Assembly: GCA_013166775.1 (NCBI GenBank)
Contig: JABLTJ010000007.1
Location: 64,001-128,000, forward strand
Direction of reading: 5' to 3'
Source of the DNA: Promethearchaeati archaeon
GTDB lineage: Archaea > Asgardarchaeota > Heimdallarchaeia > Heimdallarchaeales > Heimdallarchaeaceae
Length of the DNA: 64,000 nt
Part shown: positions 29,626 to 39,302 of the stretch, piece by piece
Layout of the letters: the number at the start of each line of letters is the position of its first letter
Numbering within the stretch: the stretch's first letter is position 1
Position numbers and translations under genes: made by a program
Notes under the pieces: model-generated
Told to the model about the DNA's origin: nothing
What the model saw: only the letters and a program-made list of their open reading frames with translations
The model's database searches: none

Positions 29626-30432
29626 TTAGATACTTTTGAAATCTTCAAGTCCAAATGCGTTCTCTATAAGATCAATCAGTCGAGCACTAAATCTAGTTGC
29701 AGGAGCTCCATCAACCATTTCATGATCTATTTTAATTGTAAGATTTAGAAAATCTCGATTTAACAATTTACCATCATAAATCCTTGGTTTTTTAGATATA
29801 CCTCCAATAATGATTATAACTGGTAAGAATCCTAAGTTCACCCCCCATCCGCTTGTACCTTTACCAAACATTCCAATTGAAACTAAATTGATGGTTCCAG
29901 ATATTTTTTTCAAGTAGAAGGGATTCTTTTTTACTTTTCTCCAAAAAATAAGGTTTCTTATAGGACGAGGAAGCTTGTAGAGCGTATCGAATCGTTTTCT
30001 TGAGATCTGTGTGGAATATTTCTCGTCTTTTTCCTTTTGAAGCCCCCTGATTTCGTTATGAATTTCTCTTAAGCTTTTCGCATTTGACTTCCGTACAGTT
30101 AATGCTGTGGGAAATGGTTTCCCATCAATTATTTTTTCCACAGGAATCATTATATCTACATCATCAAAGATTATAACTTTTCTTCCCTTTCGAAGAGCAT
30201 GAACTTCTTTGTGCTCAAATACTGCTTGACCAATACATTTCGCAATAAAGGCGGTGAAAGATATAGTTTCACCAGTTTTTTCTTTATGGTTTTTGATAAG
30301 CTCACGGGATTTAGTAATATCTATTTCCGCATAACCTTCCATGAAAAATCTGTTTTTTGATAGCCTAACTACATCCTTAACTAAACTTCTTTTGAAAGGC
30401 AGTTCCTCGTAATTACCAGTATACTTATTCAT
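29626..30432 (-). CDS. stand-alone 2-oxoacid dehydrogenase acyltransferase (E2) catalytic domain
   Basis: ISFTAFIAKC, DHEMVDGAPA (DHxxxDG); no lipoyl domain. Confidence 0.85.
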   Translation of the reverse strand: MNKYTGNYEELPFKRSLVKDVVRLSKNRFFMEGYAEIDITKSRELIKNHKEKTGETISFTAFIAKCIGQAVFEHKEVHALRKGRKVIIFDDVDIMIPVEKIIDGKPFPTALTVRKSNAKSLREIHNEIRGLQKEKDEKYSTQISRKRFDTLYKLPRPIRNLIFWRKVKKNPFYLKKISGTINLVSIGMFGKGTSGWGVNLGFLPVIIIIGGISKKPRIYDGKLLNRDFLNLTIKIDHEMVDGAPATRFSARLIDLIENAFGLEDFKSI

Positions 30433-30504
30433 TAGGAATTAAAAAAAATCAGTTTTTATTAACTTTACTGTTTTTTCATAAAAAAAACGCTTTTTTCACA
30501 CATT

Positions 30505-31536
30505 TTGTTTGTTGACGGAAAAATCTTTAACTTCAAGAAGATATTATTGTATGCAATGAAGAAAGAAACTCAATCATGGACAAATATTCTAAAATACATG
30601 ATTGGAAAACCTAAAACCACTTCATTGGCAATTCTGTATCCTATTTCCAGAACTAAACTAGCAACGACTATCAGTGATGCTGCTTTAAAAATTGATCTGA
30701 AAGCAATTAAATTAGAAGTAAATCCAGCAAAAGATTTTGAAACTGTCCCTCAAAATCTAGCATCTATACTAGATAATCTAACCGAAGATGATTTTTTAAT
30801 TGTTATAAGAGGGGACAATTTCATAAATAAAATGAAACTAAATAATCATTTCAATACTTTCAGTGGTTTAATTAATAGTAAGGCTAGAAGCCTTGTTCTG
30901 CATATGTTAATCGATGCTAAGAATCTTACTTTTCTCTCCGATATAGATTATGAAGAGCTTATATCTTACACAAACACTTTAAAAACGAAATTAGAAAATT
31001 TCAAGAAAGTTAGAATTCAAACTCCTATTGGAACTGATCTCAAATTTTATCCAAGAAAATGGAGTACACTGCCAATAAAACCAAATGATGAGATAAAAAA
31101 CGGAATGCTACCTGCAGGGCAGTTATTTACAACTCCAATTGAATCTAGATCAAATGGGACAATCGTCATTGATAGATGTGTAAGCGAATTCCCAATTGAT
31201 TTCAAAGATATTATCCCCTTTCCAAAAATCGAAAACGAACTGATATTGGAAATAGAAAAGGGAAGAATTGTTAAGACTGAAGGAAAACAAGAAGCAGATT
31301 TTCTAAAAAACGAATGTTTAGCAAGAGTTGATTACAATGGATACACTCTTGGAGAGGTTACTTTTGGTACAAATCCAAATAAGAGCTTAGAGAACAATAT
31401 TGCTATTCAAGAGGTCTTAAGAGACACAATTCACTTTGGATTTGGATTAAATACACATTTAGGTGGAGATACAGTTTCGAATGTCCACTGGGATGCAGTA
31501 ATAGAATTCGATCACGATGAAATAGAATATTACTAA
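30505..31536 (+). CDS. M29-like (thermophilic) aminopeptidase
   Basis: GTDL, LPAGQ, GEVTFGTNP, TIHFGFG, HWD. Confidence 0.75.
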   Translation: MFVDGKIFNFKKILLYAMKKETQSWTNILKYMIGKPKTTSLAILYPISRTKLATTISDAALKIDLKAIKLEVNPAKDFETVPQNLASILDNLTEDDFLIVIRGDNFINKMKLNNHFNTFSGLINSKARSLVLHMLIDAKNLTFLSDIDYEELISYTNTLKTKLENFKKVRIQTPIGTDLKFYPRKWSTLPIKPNDEIKNGMLPAGQLFTTPIESRSNGTIVIDRCVSEFPIDFKDIIPFPKIENELILEIEKGRIVKTEGKQEADFLKNECLARVDYNGYTLGEVTFGTNPNKSLENNIAIQEVLRDTIHFGFGLNTHLGGDTVSNVHWDAVIEFDHDEIEYY

Positions 31537-31542
31537 ATTGTG

Positions 31543-31890
31543 TTAAAAGTCGATATCAGGTCTTCTTTCAGGAATCATTTCTATTGGTTTTGAAAAATCA
31601 AATTTTGCATCAAAGTAAAGAGCACAATAACACCTTCCAAATTCAGAAATATCAGGTTCAGCGTAATCACAAGGACAGACAATATCGCGATCCATTTTAA
31701 AATCTTCAAATGTATCTCTGCATGGACAATTATAATATCCAACATTGTTAAAATACCTGGTTAGTCCATCTATTAACATGTCTAAAGTACCATCAGCATT
31801 ATTATGGAGAATCCATCCTCTTGTTGAAGCAACTCTTTTGATATAGTCTAGTGTGTTTTCTAGAGTTTTTTCATGGTTCATATTCATCAA
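31543..31890 (-). CDS. ferredoxin:thioredoxin reductase catalytic subunit-like
   Basis: CPC, CPC, CYC motifs. Confidence 0.9.
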   Translation of the reverse strand: MMNMNHEKTLENTLDYIKRVASTRGWILHNNADGTLDMLIDGLTRYFNNVGYYNCPCRDTFEDFKMDRDIVCPCDYAEPDISEFGRCYCALYFDAKFDFSKPIEMIPERRPDIDF

Positions 31891-31893
31891 CTT

Positions 31894-32205
31894 CTATTCC
31901 AATATTTCTTTCCAGTTGTCAATATTAAAACCAGCATAGAAATCTTTGCCATTTACTACTAAAAAAGGATATCTTATCATTGTATTGAAGAACTCTCGTA
32001 GTTCTCTTTTTAAGACTCGTTTTTCTTCAAATGGTATGAAATCAACATCGACGTATCTGTAGGAATAGCTATTATCCAATAACCATTGTTTTCCTTTCTT
32101 ACACCATTGGCATGTACTCAAAGCAAACAGTATGATGTCTTTTTCACATTTTTCGCCTTTTACAATTACTATCTCACCAGATATCTTGATGTCCTCGAAA
32201 CTCAT
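31894..32205 (-). CDS. glutaredoxin (NrdH-like)
   Basis: LSTCQWCKK, cis-Pro YP, GF; 3 nt upstream of the FTR gene. Confidence 0.88.
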   Translation of the reverse strand: MSFEDIKISGEIVIVKGEKCEKDIILFALSTCQWCKKGKQWLLDNSYSYRYVDVDFIPFEEKRVLKRELREFFNTMIRYPFLVVNGKDFYAGFNIDNWKEILE

Positions 32206-32315
32206 TGAATTACCAAAATAACCTTAAATGAAGCAAATATAAATTTGCCTCTGTTACAATTAGAGAAAATTTGTTAGAAGTTAGCTTTTTTATTTCAAGT
32301 TGAGAAGGTTTCTTA

Positions 32316-32945
32316 ATGAAAATAACAAATCATAAAGTGGAAAAGTATATGGAAAATCTTCTTGATAATCGAACCCCTGTACTCAAAGAAATCGAAGATT
32401 ATGCAAGAAGTGTAAAATTTCCCATTATAGAGCCACTTGTAGGAAGTTTAATCAATCATTATGCAAAAATGTTACAAGCGAAAAAAATACTTGAATTAGG
32501 CTCAGGTTTTGGTTATTCAGCTTTATGGTTTTCTGAAGGTATGGATGAGCTAACAGAGATAATCTGTACTGATTTCAAGGAAGAAAATAAGAAGCGTGCA
32601 GAGAAATATTTCAAGAAAGCAAAAATTAAAACAAGAATAGATTTTAGATTTGGGGATGCTTTGGAGATATTAAATACCATTGAAGGAGAAATTGATATTA
32701 TCTTTAACGATATTGAAAAAGAAGATTATCCAGAAGCTTTCAAGAAAGCTATACCTAAACTCAGAAAGGGAGGATTATTAATAACAGATAATACATTGTG
32801 GTATGGAAAAGTAGCAAAGAAGAGGAAGAAGGATTATCAAACTGAAGGTTCAAGAGAATATAATAGATTAGCATTTACAGATAAAAGGGTTTCATCTGTA
32901 ATTTTACCATTAAGGGATGGAATAACAGTTTCTCTCAAATTGTAA
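32316..32945 (+). CDS. class I SAM O-methyltransferase (COMT/CCoAOMT-like)
   Basis: LELGSGFGYS, DIEKEDY, GGLLITDN.LW.G, PLRDG. Confidence 0.9.
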   Translation: MKITNHKVEKYMENLLDNRTPVLKEIEDYARSVKFPIIEPLVGSLINHYAKMLQAKKILELGSGFGYSALWFSEGMDELTEIICTDFKEENKKRAEKYFKKAKIKTRIDFRFGDALEILNTIEGEIDIIFNDIEKEDYPEAFKKAIPKLRKGGLLITDNTLWYGKVAKKRKKDYQTEGSREYNRLAFTDKRVSSVILPLRDGITVSLKL

Positions 32946-33043
32946 AAGTATTAATTTAATAGCTTGTAACAAAACCAAGAATATGAATTTCAACAAAATA
33001 ATAGCTTTAATTAATAAAAATAGGAAAGAGTGGTGTTCACTCG

Positions 33044-34975
33044 CTAATCTAAATATTTAGCTTTGAACTCCTCCCAGTCAATCATTTTCACTCCTAGGGC
33101 TAGGGCTTGTTCTTGGCGTTTTTTTCCAGCTTTCTCTGCTAGTACTAAATAATCTAAGCTTTTAGATACACCAGAGCCCCATTCTATACCTTTTGATTCA
33201 ATCATTTCTCTTAATTCGTTTTTTGTATATTCTTCTACTTTTCCTGATATGTATATTTTCATTGTTCTGATCACCTTTGTTTGTTCTTGATAAGTGATTC
33301 TTTGAAATCTAGATAGATCTTGTTTCTTATATGTATAAATGATTTTAAGCCCGTTGTTGAATAAATTGGAATATCTCTCCGTCTGTCTGATACCAGTCTT
33401 TATGTTATTGGCAGTTATATCGGATATCCCTTCAAGACTGGTTAATTGTTCAATAGTCGCATTCTTGAGTTCATCAAAATCAGCAAAACTATTCGCAAGT
33501 TTCTTTCCCATTGTTCTTCCTAAAGATTCTATCCCTAATCCAGCTAGAAAAGTTCGAAAAGGAAGTTCTCTTGTGTTCTCTATTGATGAAAAAATCTTTG
33601 AACCATTTTTACCTAATAGACTAACTAATTGTTCTTCAGTAAGTGAATATAGATCGGAATAGTGCACTACTAAACCATTGTCATATAGTTTTTCTCGACT
33701 TCTACCACCTAAACCATCAATCCCTGTTATTCTTATCCAGTAGCTAATCTGTTGAATATCTCTATTTCGACAGTTACTCCCAGTACAAATTAGATTAACT
33801 CCTGATTTCTCAGTTTTTGAACCGCATGAAGGGCAACTCTTTGGCAGTGTTACTTCTCCTTTTGTATTCTTTGTAGTGACACTGATTATTTTAGGGATAA
33901 CTTCGCCTGATCTTTCGACATAGACAAAGTCACCAGGTTTTGCTCCCAGACTCTTCAAGAAATCAGCATTGTGGAGAGTAGCTCTACTGATTACTGCACC
34001 TGATACTTCTACAGGTTCTAATTCTGCAACTGGAGTCAGAACAGAAGTTCTGCCTACCTGCCAAGTAATATCATTAAGTTTAGTTGCTTTACCTTTGCTT
34101 TCGAATTTCAATGCAATTTGCCATCGAGGGTGATGATCTGTAGCTCCAACTGCATCTCTATCTGTTGCAAGGTTGTATTTGAATACTACACCATCGATTT
34201 CATAATCTAAATTCTCTCTTTCATTCTCTACTTGCTTGAAATGCTTTGAGATTATGTCTATGCTAGGGTTATCAATTTTGAGAAAATCAGCTGTTTCAAA
34301 TCTCCAAGAATTCAAGATTGATGCTTTTTCTTCTACAGTTACGTTTTCATTCCATCCCAAAAGATCAAAGGCCATAAAATTGAGAATTCGTTCTTCCATC
34401 ATTCGAGCATCTTTCTGTTTTGCAGTACCTGCTGCTAAGTTTCGAGGATTACTATATTTTTCACCTTCAGGCAAGGATTCATTTATTCGATTAAATTCAG
34501 AGATTTTCATGTAGAGTTCACCTCTAATCTCTACATTATTCTCGAAAGGTATTGTCTTAGGAATAGCATCGATTTTTAATATGTTCAAAGTCACGTCGTC
34601 TCCAAGAGTTCCCGAACCTCTGGTTGCAGCTAGAATTAGTTTAGAATTTTGATAAATTAGTTTAAGAGATAGACCATCAGTTTTGTAACCCATTATTAAT
34701 GGACGATTTTCAGCCCAGGAAATGATCTTGTCTACTGATTTAGCTTTTTGAAGGGAAAGCATAGGAGGATCATGAGGAACATTACCTCCTGCAGGAGTTC
34801 CAACAATAAATAAAACAGGATTTTCAGGATCAATTTCACTCAATCGATCTTCTAAGCTGTCATATTCAGAATCAGAAATTTCAGGTTCACCATCGTAATA
34901 TTTTCGTTTATGATAAAGTATCAAGTTCTCAAGTTGCTTCTTTTCATCTTCAGCCATTTCAACCACTAATCTCAA
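33044..34975 (-). CDS. ligA: NAD+-dependent DNA ligase
   Basis: YYDGEPEISDSEYD (domain Ia), MLSL, KTDG adenylation motif, EIRGE, DGVV, QVGRT, ATLHN, C4 Zn finger, HhH, BRCT. Confidence 0.95.
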   Translation of the reverse strand: MRLVVEMAEDEKKQLENLILYHKRKYYDGEPEISDSEYDSLEDRLSEIDPENPVLFIVGTPAGGNVPHDPPMLSLQKAKSVDKIISWAENRPLIMGYKTDGLSLKLIYQNSKLILAATRGSGTLGDDVTLNILKIDAIPKTIPFENNVEIRGELYMKISEFNRINESLPEGEKYSNPRNLAAGTAKQKDARMMEERILNFMAFDLLGWNENVTVEEKASILNSWRFETADFLKIDNPSIDIISKHFKQVENERENLDYEIDGVVFKYNLATDRDAVGATDHHPRWQIALKFESKGKATKLNDITWQVGRTSVLTPVAELEPVEVSGAVISRATLHNADFLKSLGAKPGDFVYVERSGEVIPKIISVTTKNTKGEVTLPKSCPSCGSKTEKSGVNLICTGSNCRNRDIQQISYWIRITGIDGLGGRSREKLYDNGLVVHYSDLYSLTEEQLVSLLGKNGSKIFSSIENTRELPFRTFLAGLGIESLGRTMGKKLANSFADFDELKNATIEQLTSLEGISDITANNIKTGIRQTERYSNLFNNGLKIIYTYKKQDLSRFQRITYQEQTKVIRTMKIYISGKVEEYTKNELREMIESKGIEWGSGVSKSLDYLVLAEKAGKKRQEQALALGVKMIDWEEFKAKYLD

Positions 34976-35106
34976 TAGCCTTTCAATGATATTTTAAATA
35001 CTTATTGGGGAGACCTTAGTAAAACAATTGAAAGTAAAAAACCCATTAGATTTTTAAATATTAAAATTTAGAAACAAAAGAGTACATTCAACTTACAACT
35101 AACTTA

Positions 35107-36399
35107 GTGGTCACTATGCTCTATAAATTCCATCCAGCTGTAATCGTTCGAGCAGAAGAGAAAGCTTCAATGTTTTTTCAGAAAAAGATAGCTGATACTA
35201 CATTAGTTTCATTTGAAGCAATAGACGCTTTTCTAGAGCATTTTAAATCAAAGGAAGATATACCTAAAGAACTCCTTCATCATTTTATTACTAGAGGATA
35301 CTTAATCCCTGCAAGGAATAAATCTGAACAAAAACAAGATCTTGAATTACTGGAAGAAATAAGAGAGCAAGCTAAAATCAGAAAATCTCCCTTGAACTCA
35401 TTATATGCTCCAGAGACTATTCATTTTTCCCTTACTAATGCATGTAATCAGAAATGTATAGGTTGTTTCTATTCTAGAGGGGAAGTCGAAGAAGAGAAAT
35501 ATCTAGATTCATCTATGTTCGAATCGATTACAAAAAAAGCTAATGAGCTGCAAGTTTTCCAATATGCTCTTGGAGGGGGAGAACCTCTACTTCATGAAAA
35601 CATTGTCGAATTTTGCTATTTATCAACAGAGAGTAATATAATCCCTAACATTACTACTAATGGAAATCTATTTACAAAAGAACTAGCTAAAGAGTTTAAA
35701 CAAGCTAAATTGGGTCAGATACAATTTTCATTAAATGGTTCTGAAGAAACAATAAACAAAGACACACGACCTAATTTCAAGAAAACTATGAATGCAATAA
35801 AGATAGCTAGGGAAGCGAATTTAAGATGGGGAATCAATTTTCTTGTAACGAAAAGAAATATTTCAGATGTTCCTGCTATGATCCTTCTGGCAAATAAACT
35901 AGGAGCGGAAACACTTAATTTTCTAAGAATTAAACCTCCAATTGCAGAAGGCAATACTTGGGTTCAGAATGAATCCCTGAGTTCTCACGAACATCTTAAG
36001 CTTCATGAAATGCTTAAAAATCAGTCTTCAATAACAAGATTAACAGTGGATGCGTCTTTCTGTTTTCTATTTAATCATCTCTCTTCAGAAGAGATGTATT
36101 CTAGAGGAATGTGGGGATGTGCAGCAGCTCAAAGATTTTGTACAATCTCTCCATTTGGTCATGTACTAGCTTGTTCTCATATGCATCATCACTGGGATGT
36201 AGAAAATGGTGATTTCGATAAAGCTTGGAGAGAATCTAAAGTTTTTCAGAAATTTAGAGAATTAAATTCAACAATAACAGGTCCTTGTTCCAGTTGTAGC
36301 ATCAAACCTACTTGTAAAGGGTGTAGAGCTGTTGTAGAACTTATTACGGATGATTTTTGGGCTTCGGATACACAATGCCCTAAGAATAACAATCAATAA
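35107..36399 (+). CDS. radical SAM/SPASM protein (MftC/PqqE-like) with N-terminal RRE-like domain
   Basis: CNQKCIGC, GGGEP, SPASM CAAA..C...G.V.AC...CxxCxxxxxCxGCR...C. Confidence 0.88.
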   Translation: MVTMLYKFHPAVIVRAEEKASMFFQKKIADTTLVSFEAIDAFLEHFKSKEDIPKELLHHFITRGYLIPARNKSEQKQDLELLEEIREQAKIRKSPLNSLYAPETIHFSLTNACNQKCIGCFYSRGEVEEEKYLDSSMFESITKKANELQVFQYALGGGEPLLHENIVEFCYLSTESNIIPNITTNGNLFTKELAKEFKQAKLGQIQFSLNGSEETINKDTRPNFKKTMNAIKIAREANLRWGINFLVTKRNISDVPAMILLANKLGAETLNFLRIKPPIAEGNTWVQNESLSSHEHLKLHEMLKNQSSITRLTVDASFCFLFNHLSSEEMYSRGMWGCAAAQRFCTISPFGHVLACSHMHHHWDVENGDFDKAWRESKVFQKFRELNSTITGPCSSCSIKPTCKGCRAVVELITDDFWASDTQCPKNNNQ

Positions 36400-36437
36400 T
36401 GTTTTTAAATTTCTTTAACTGATTTTAATAGAAATTC

Positions 36438-36923
36438 ATGAGGATTAATAAACAAATTGTAGAAATTTTGAAAGATAGAGGATGGTATATTTCAACTGCT
36501 GAATCTTGCTCAGGAGGTTTTTTAGCTCATACGATTACAAATGCTTCAGGGAGCTCGGATTATTTCTCATATGGATATATTACATATTCAGATCAAGCTA
36601 AGATTCAGACATTAAATATCCAAAAAAATGTGTTAGAAGAGTCTACTAGTTATTCAGGAAAGATAGCTGAATTAATGGCTACGGGAGTAAGAAGCAAAAC
36701 TGAATCCACTTTTGGTTTAGCTATAACAGGTATAGCTCCTCCTGGTGATCCTTCATCTTCTCTTCCAACTGGAACAGTATTCATTGGTGTTTCATCGTCA
36801 AAATATACTACACATTCTAGGTTTAAAATAAAAACTAAATCAAGATGTCGTTTCAAAAGACAAGTTGTTAAGATTACTTTAAACTTACTCGAAGATATTG
36901 TTCATGAATATAATAAGAACTAA
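36438..36923 (+). CDS. cinA: NMN deamidase (CinA C-terminal / PncC)
   Basis: STAESCSGG, GSS.YF, YS..AK, ITGIAPP. Confidence 0.9.
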   Translation: MRINKQIVEILKDRGWYISTAESCSGGFLAHTITNASGSSDYFSYGYITYSDQAKIQTLNIQKNVLEESTSYSGKIAELMATGVRSKTESTFGLAITGIAPPGDPSSSLPTGTVFIGVSSSKYTTHSRFKIKTKSRCRFKRQVVKITLNLLEDIVHEYNKN

Positions 36924-36930
36924 ATTAAAT

Positions 36931-37542
36931 TTACTTTAGATGCTTCTTAATTTTCTTTAAAACAATTTTTTTCTTCTTTTGATATACTTTTATTGGCAGA
37001 TCATGTTTTGTTAATTTTGCGAAATTCTTTAGAACAGATATATTTTGTAAGAGAGATAAATCCTCATCTGCTCTTTGATACAGCAGTTCCATAGCTTGAT
37101 CGAATTCCTTTTTTGTTATACTATCAACAATTTCGTTTCTAAGATTCTTATGAACTATATCAGAGTTTTTCTTATGAAGGTGGGATATAAGCACACTAAG
37201 AACAACCATCATCTTGAATTTCTTATCTTTCTTCTGAACTTCTTCGAGAATAGATATTTTTTCTGAATACTGTTCATGAATGCTTTTTGTTCGAATATCT
37301 AGTTCAGATGCTAAACTATTAATAAACTCCTCATCCTTCCCATTTTCAAACAATGGACTATGCTCCTTAATCTTATAGATCATATCATTCATTATCTCTC
37401 CACTACCCTTGATTTTTATCTTTTTATTTGCTCTTCTGTCTATTATAAAATCAGGCTTTGAGAAAAATTGTTGTGATAATAGATATTCAACAACATCATA
37501 ATATTTCCATTTTTTTTCAGTAGCCTGATTCTTATTAAGCAT
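36931..37542 (-). CDS. hypothetical basic, helical protein downstream of the DNA MTase
   Basis: 203 aa ORF co-oriented with the MTase; no firm motif. Confidence 0.6.
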   Translation of the reverse strand: MLNKNQATEKKWKYYDVVEYLLSQQFFSKPDFIIDRRANKKIKIKGSGEIMNDMIYKIKEHSPLFENGKDEEFINSLASELDIRTKSIHEQYSEKISILEEVQKKDKKFKMMVVLSVLISHLHKKNSDIVHKNLRNEIVDSITKKEFDQAMELLYQRADEDLSLLQNISVLKNFAKLTKHDLPIKVYQKKKKIVLKKIKKHLK

Positions 37543-37610
37543 TCTAATCCTCTTAAATTAGAAGTTATTATCTTTAAAAATCTTGGCCTTTCTTTGTGTA
37601 ATAAAAATCA

Positions 37611-39158
37611 TTATTTATCTATTAGTTTTCGAAAATGCTTTTCTTTGAAGGAATTTTGGATGAGAGTTTCTATTTCTTTTTTTCTTGAAACATCTTTTAT
37701 TTTTAATATCTGTTGAGTGATAGAAGCTATTTCCTTCTCTACCTCTTTAGTAAAAAGTGGAATTTGTATATTAGACATAATTCGTTGTGTGAAAGCTATT
37801 CGATGACCTCTTCGAGCACCTGCTGATAAATAATACTCTCTAAAGAAGTTACTATTCAAATAACCAAGAAGGAAAAACGGATCAATTATCAGAGGAACAA
37901 TAGTTAGTATATCTCCTGAAGGTAGTAATTCTTCATCAGACAAGCTAAATCTATTATATTTACTTCTATCTAGAGTTGGAATATAGATCTTAGGTTTGTC
38001 AAGATAATCCAGAAAGTGCTTATAGTTTCTAAGAGCTTGCCATTGGAACCATTTTTTATTTGAAGGAAGGAATCTATCATTCATCTTCTCTTTGAAATCA
38101 GAAATTTTCTTGTAAATGTTAGGATAACGATTTCTTAAGATTTCCTCTGAATTCAAATCATCAGGAATCAGAATGTAATTAGTGCAACCTTCAGTCCAAT
38201 AAGCTTTGCAATGGCTAGCTTTTACGCTTCTAATGATGAATTTTCGTTCGTCTTCATTAAGACTCATTATTTCTTCATTTGAAATAATAAATGCTCTATC
38301 AAAACCTGAAACTAAACCTACACCTATCCAAGCGACTTCTTTAAGAGAAATTGACGTTTCTATTAGAATCTCAGGATAAGTAGTCCAGATTGAATCCGAA
38401 TCAATGAAAATAGGTTTCTCATAATAAAAAAATGCATCATTGCTTTCTTTACTTTTTATTGAATCTAATCCCTTTTCCAAAATATCTTTTTTCGAAATTT
38501 TTCTACTCACAATTCGAAGAATTTGCGTCTTATCTCTTTCATCAGGTTTTGTTTTCTTAAATTTAAAGATAATAGTTTCAGGATTTTCACCTTCGAATAA
38601 GCGGATTTCATCAAGATCAATAACAGCATACAAAAAACCTTCAGAGATTATTTTTTTTCTTACAATTTTCGCAAAAGTATTGTAGAAAAATCCATATGGA
38701 ACGATGTATATTAGTTCTCCACCATCCTTAAGTAAATCAATTGATTTTAAGATAAAGGCATAATAAATGTCAGATTCTTTACTAGAAACGATTTTAACTA
38801 CTTTTTCTTGTACTTCAGAAGGAAGAGAATTATAATGAGCATAAGGTGGATTACCAATAATTATATCGTATTTCTCTTTTGGTTCCCAATCAAGATAATC
38901 TTCATGATAGAATTTAATTTGAGGAAATTTACTCTTGCAAATCTTGATTAATTCATTATCTAATTCAATTCCTTCAATATTTGAATACTTATCTGCTAAG
39001 AGTTGTTCAAGAAATACTCCTCTCCCACAACCACTATCTAAGACTTGAACTTCTTTCTGGTTTTTGTATTCAGTACTTATTAGAGAAACCATTAATTTAG
39101 CTACTTCATCAGGTGTTTCAATGAAAGCTATCGATTCTTTTCCTATGTCGTGTGTCAC
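37611..39158 (-). CDS. N6-adenine DNA methyltransferase (gamma class, TaqI/Eco57I-like)
   Basis: LDSGCGRGVF motif I, GNPPY motif IV, C-terminal TRD ending LLGYLNS. Confidence 0.9.
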   Translation of the reverse strand: MTHDIGKESIAFIETPDEVAKLMVSLISTEYKNQKEVQVLDSGCGRGVFLEQLLADKYSNIEGIELDNELIKICKSKFPQIKFYHEDYLDWEPKEKYDIIIGNPPYAHYNSLPSEVQEKVVKIVSSKESDIYYAFILKSIDLLKDGGELIYIVPYGFFYNTFAKIVRKKIISEGFLYAVIDLDEIRLFEGENPETIIFKFKKTKPDERDKTQILRIVSRKISKKDILEKGLDSIKSKESNDAFFYYEKPIFIDSDSIWTTYPEILIETSISLKEVAWIGVGLVSGFDRAFIISNEEIMSLNEDERKFIIRSVKASHCKAYWTEGCTNYILIPDDLNSEEILRNRYPNIYKKISDFKEKMNDRFLPSNKKWFQWQALRNYKHFLDYLDKPKIYIPTLDRSKYNRFSLSDEELLPSGDILTIVPLIIDPFFLLGYLNSNFFREYYLSAGARRGHRIAFTQRIMSNIQIPLFTKEVEKEIASITQQILKIKDVSRKKEIETLIQNSFKEKHFRKLIDK

Positions 39159-39302
39159 TATTCTGATATATTTGTGTTGTATTTAAAATCATTTCTAGAA
39201 TTTCTCTTAGTTTCACGCAAAACAATGTTGATTTTGGTAAAAGAAAAAGAATATAAATTTCCTCTTTAATTCGACTTAATTACATAATTAGAGCTGATAA
39301 CA

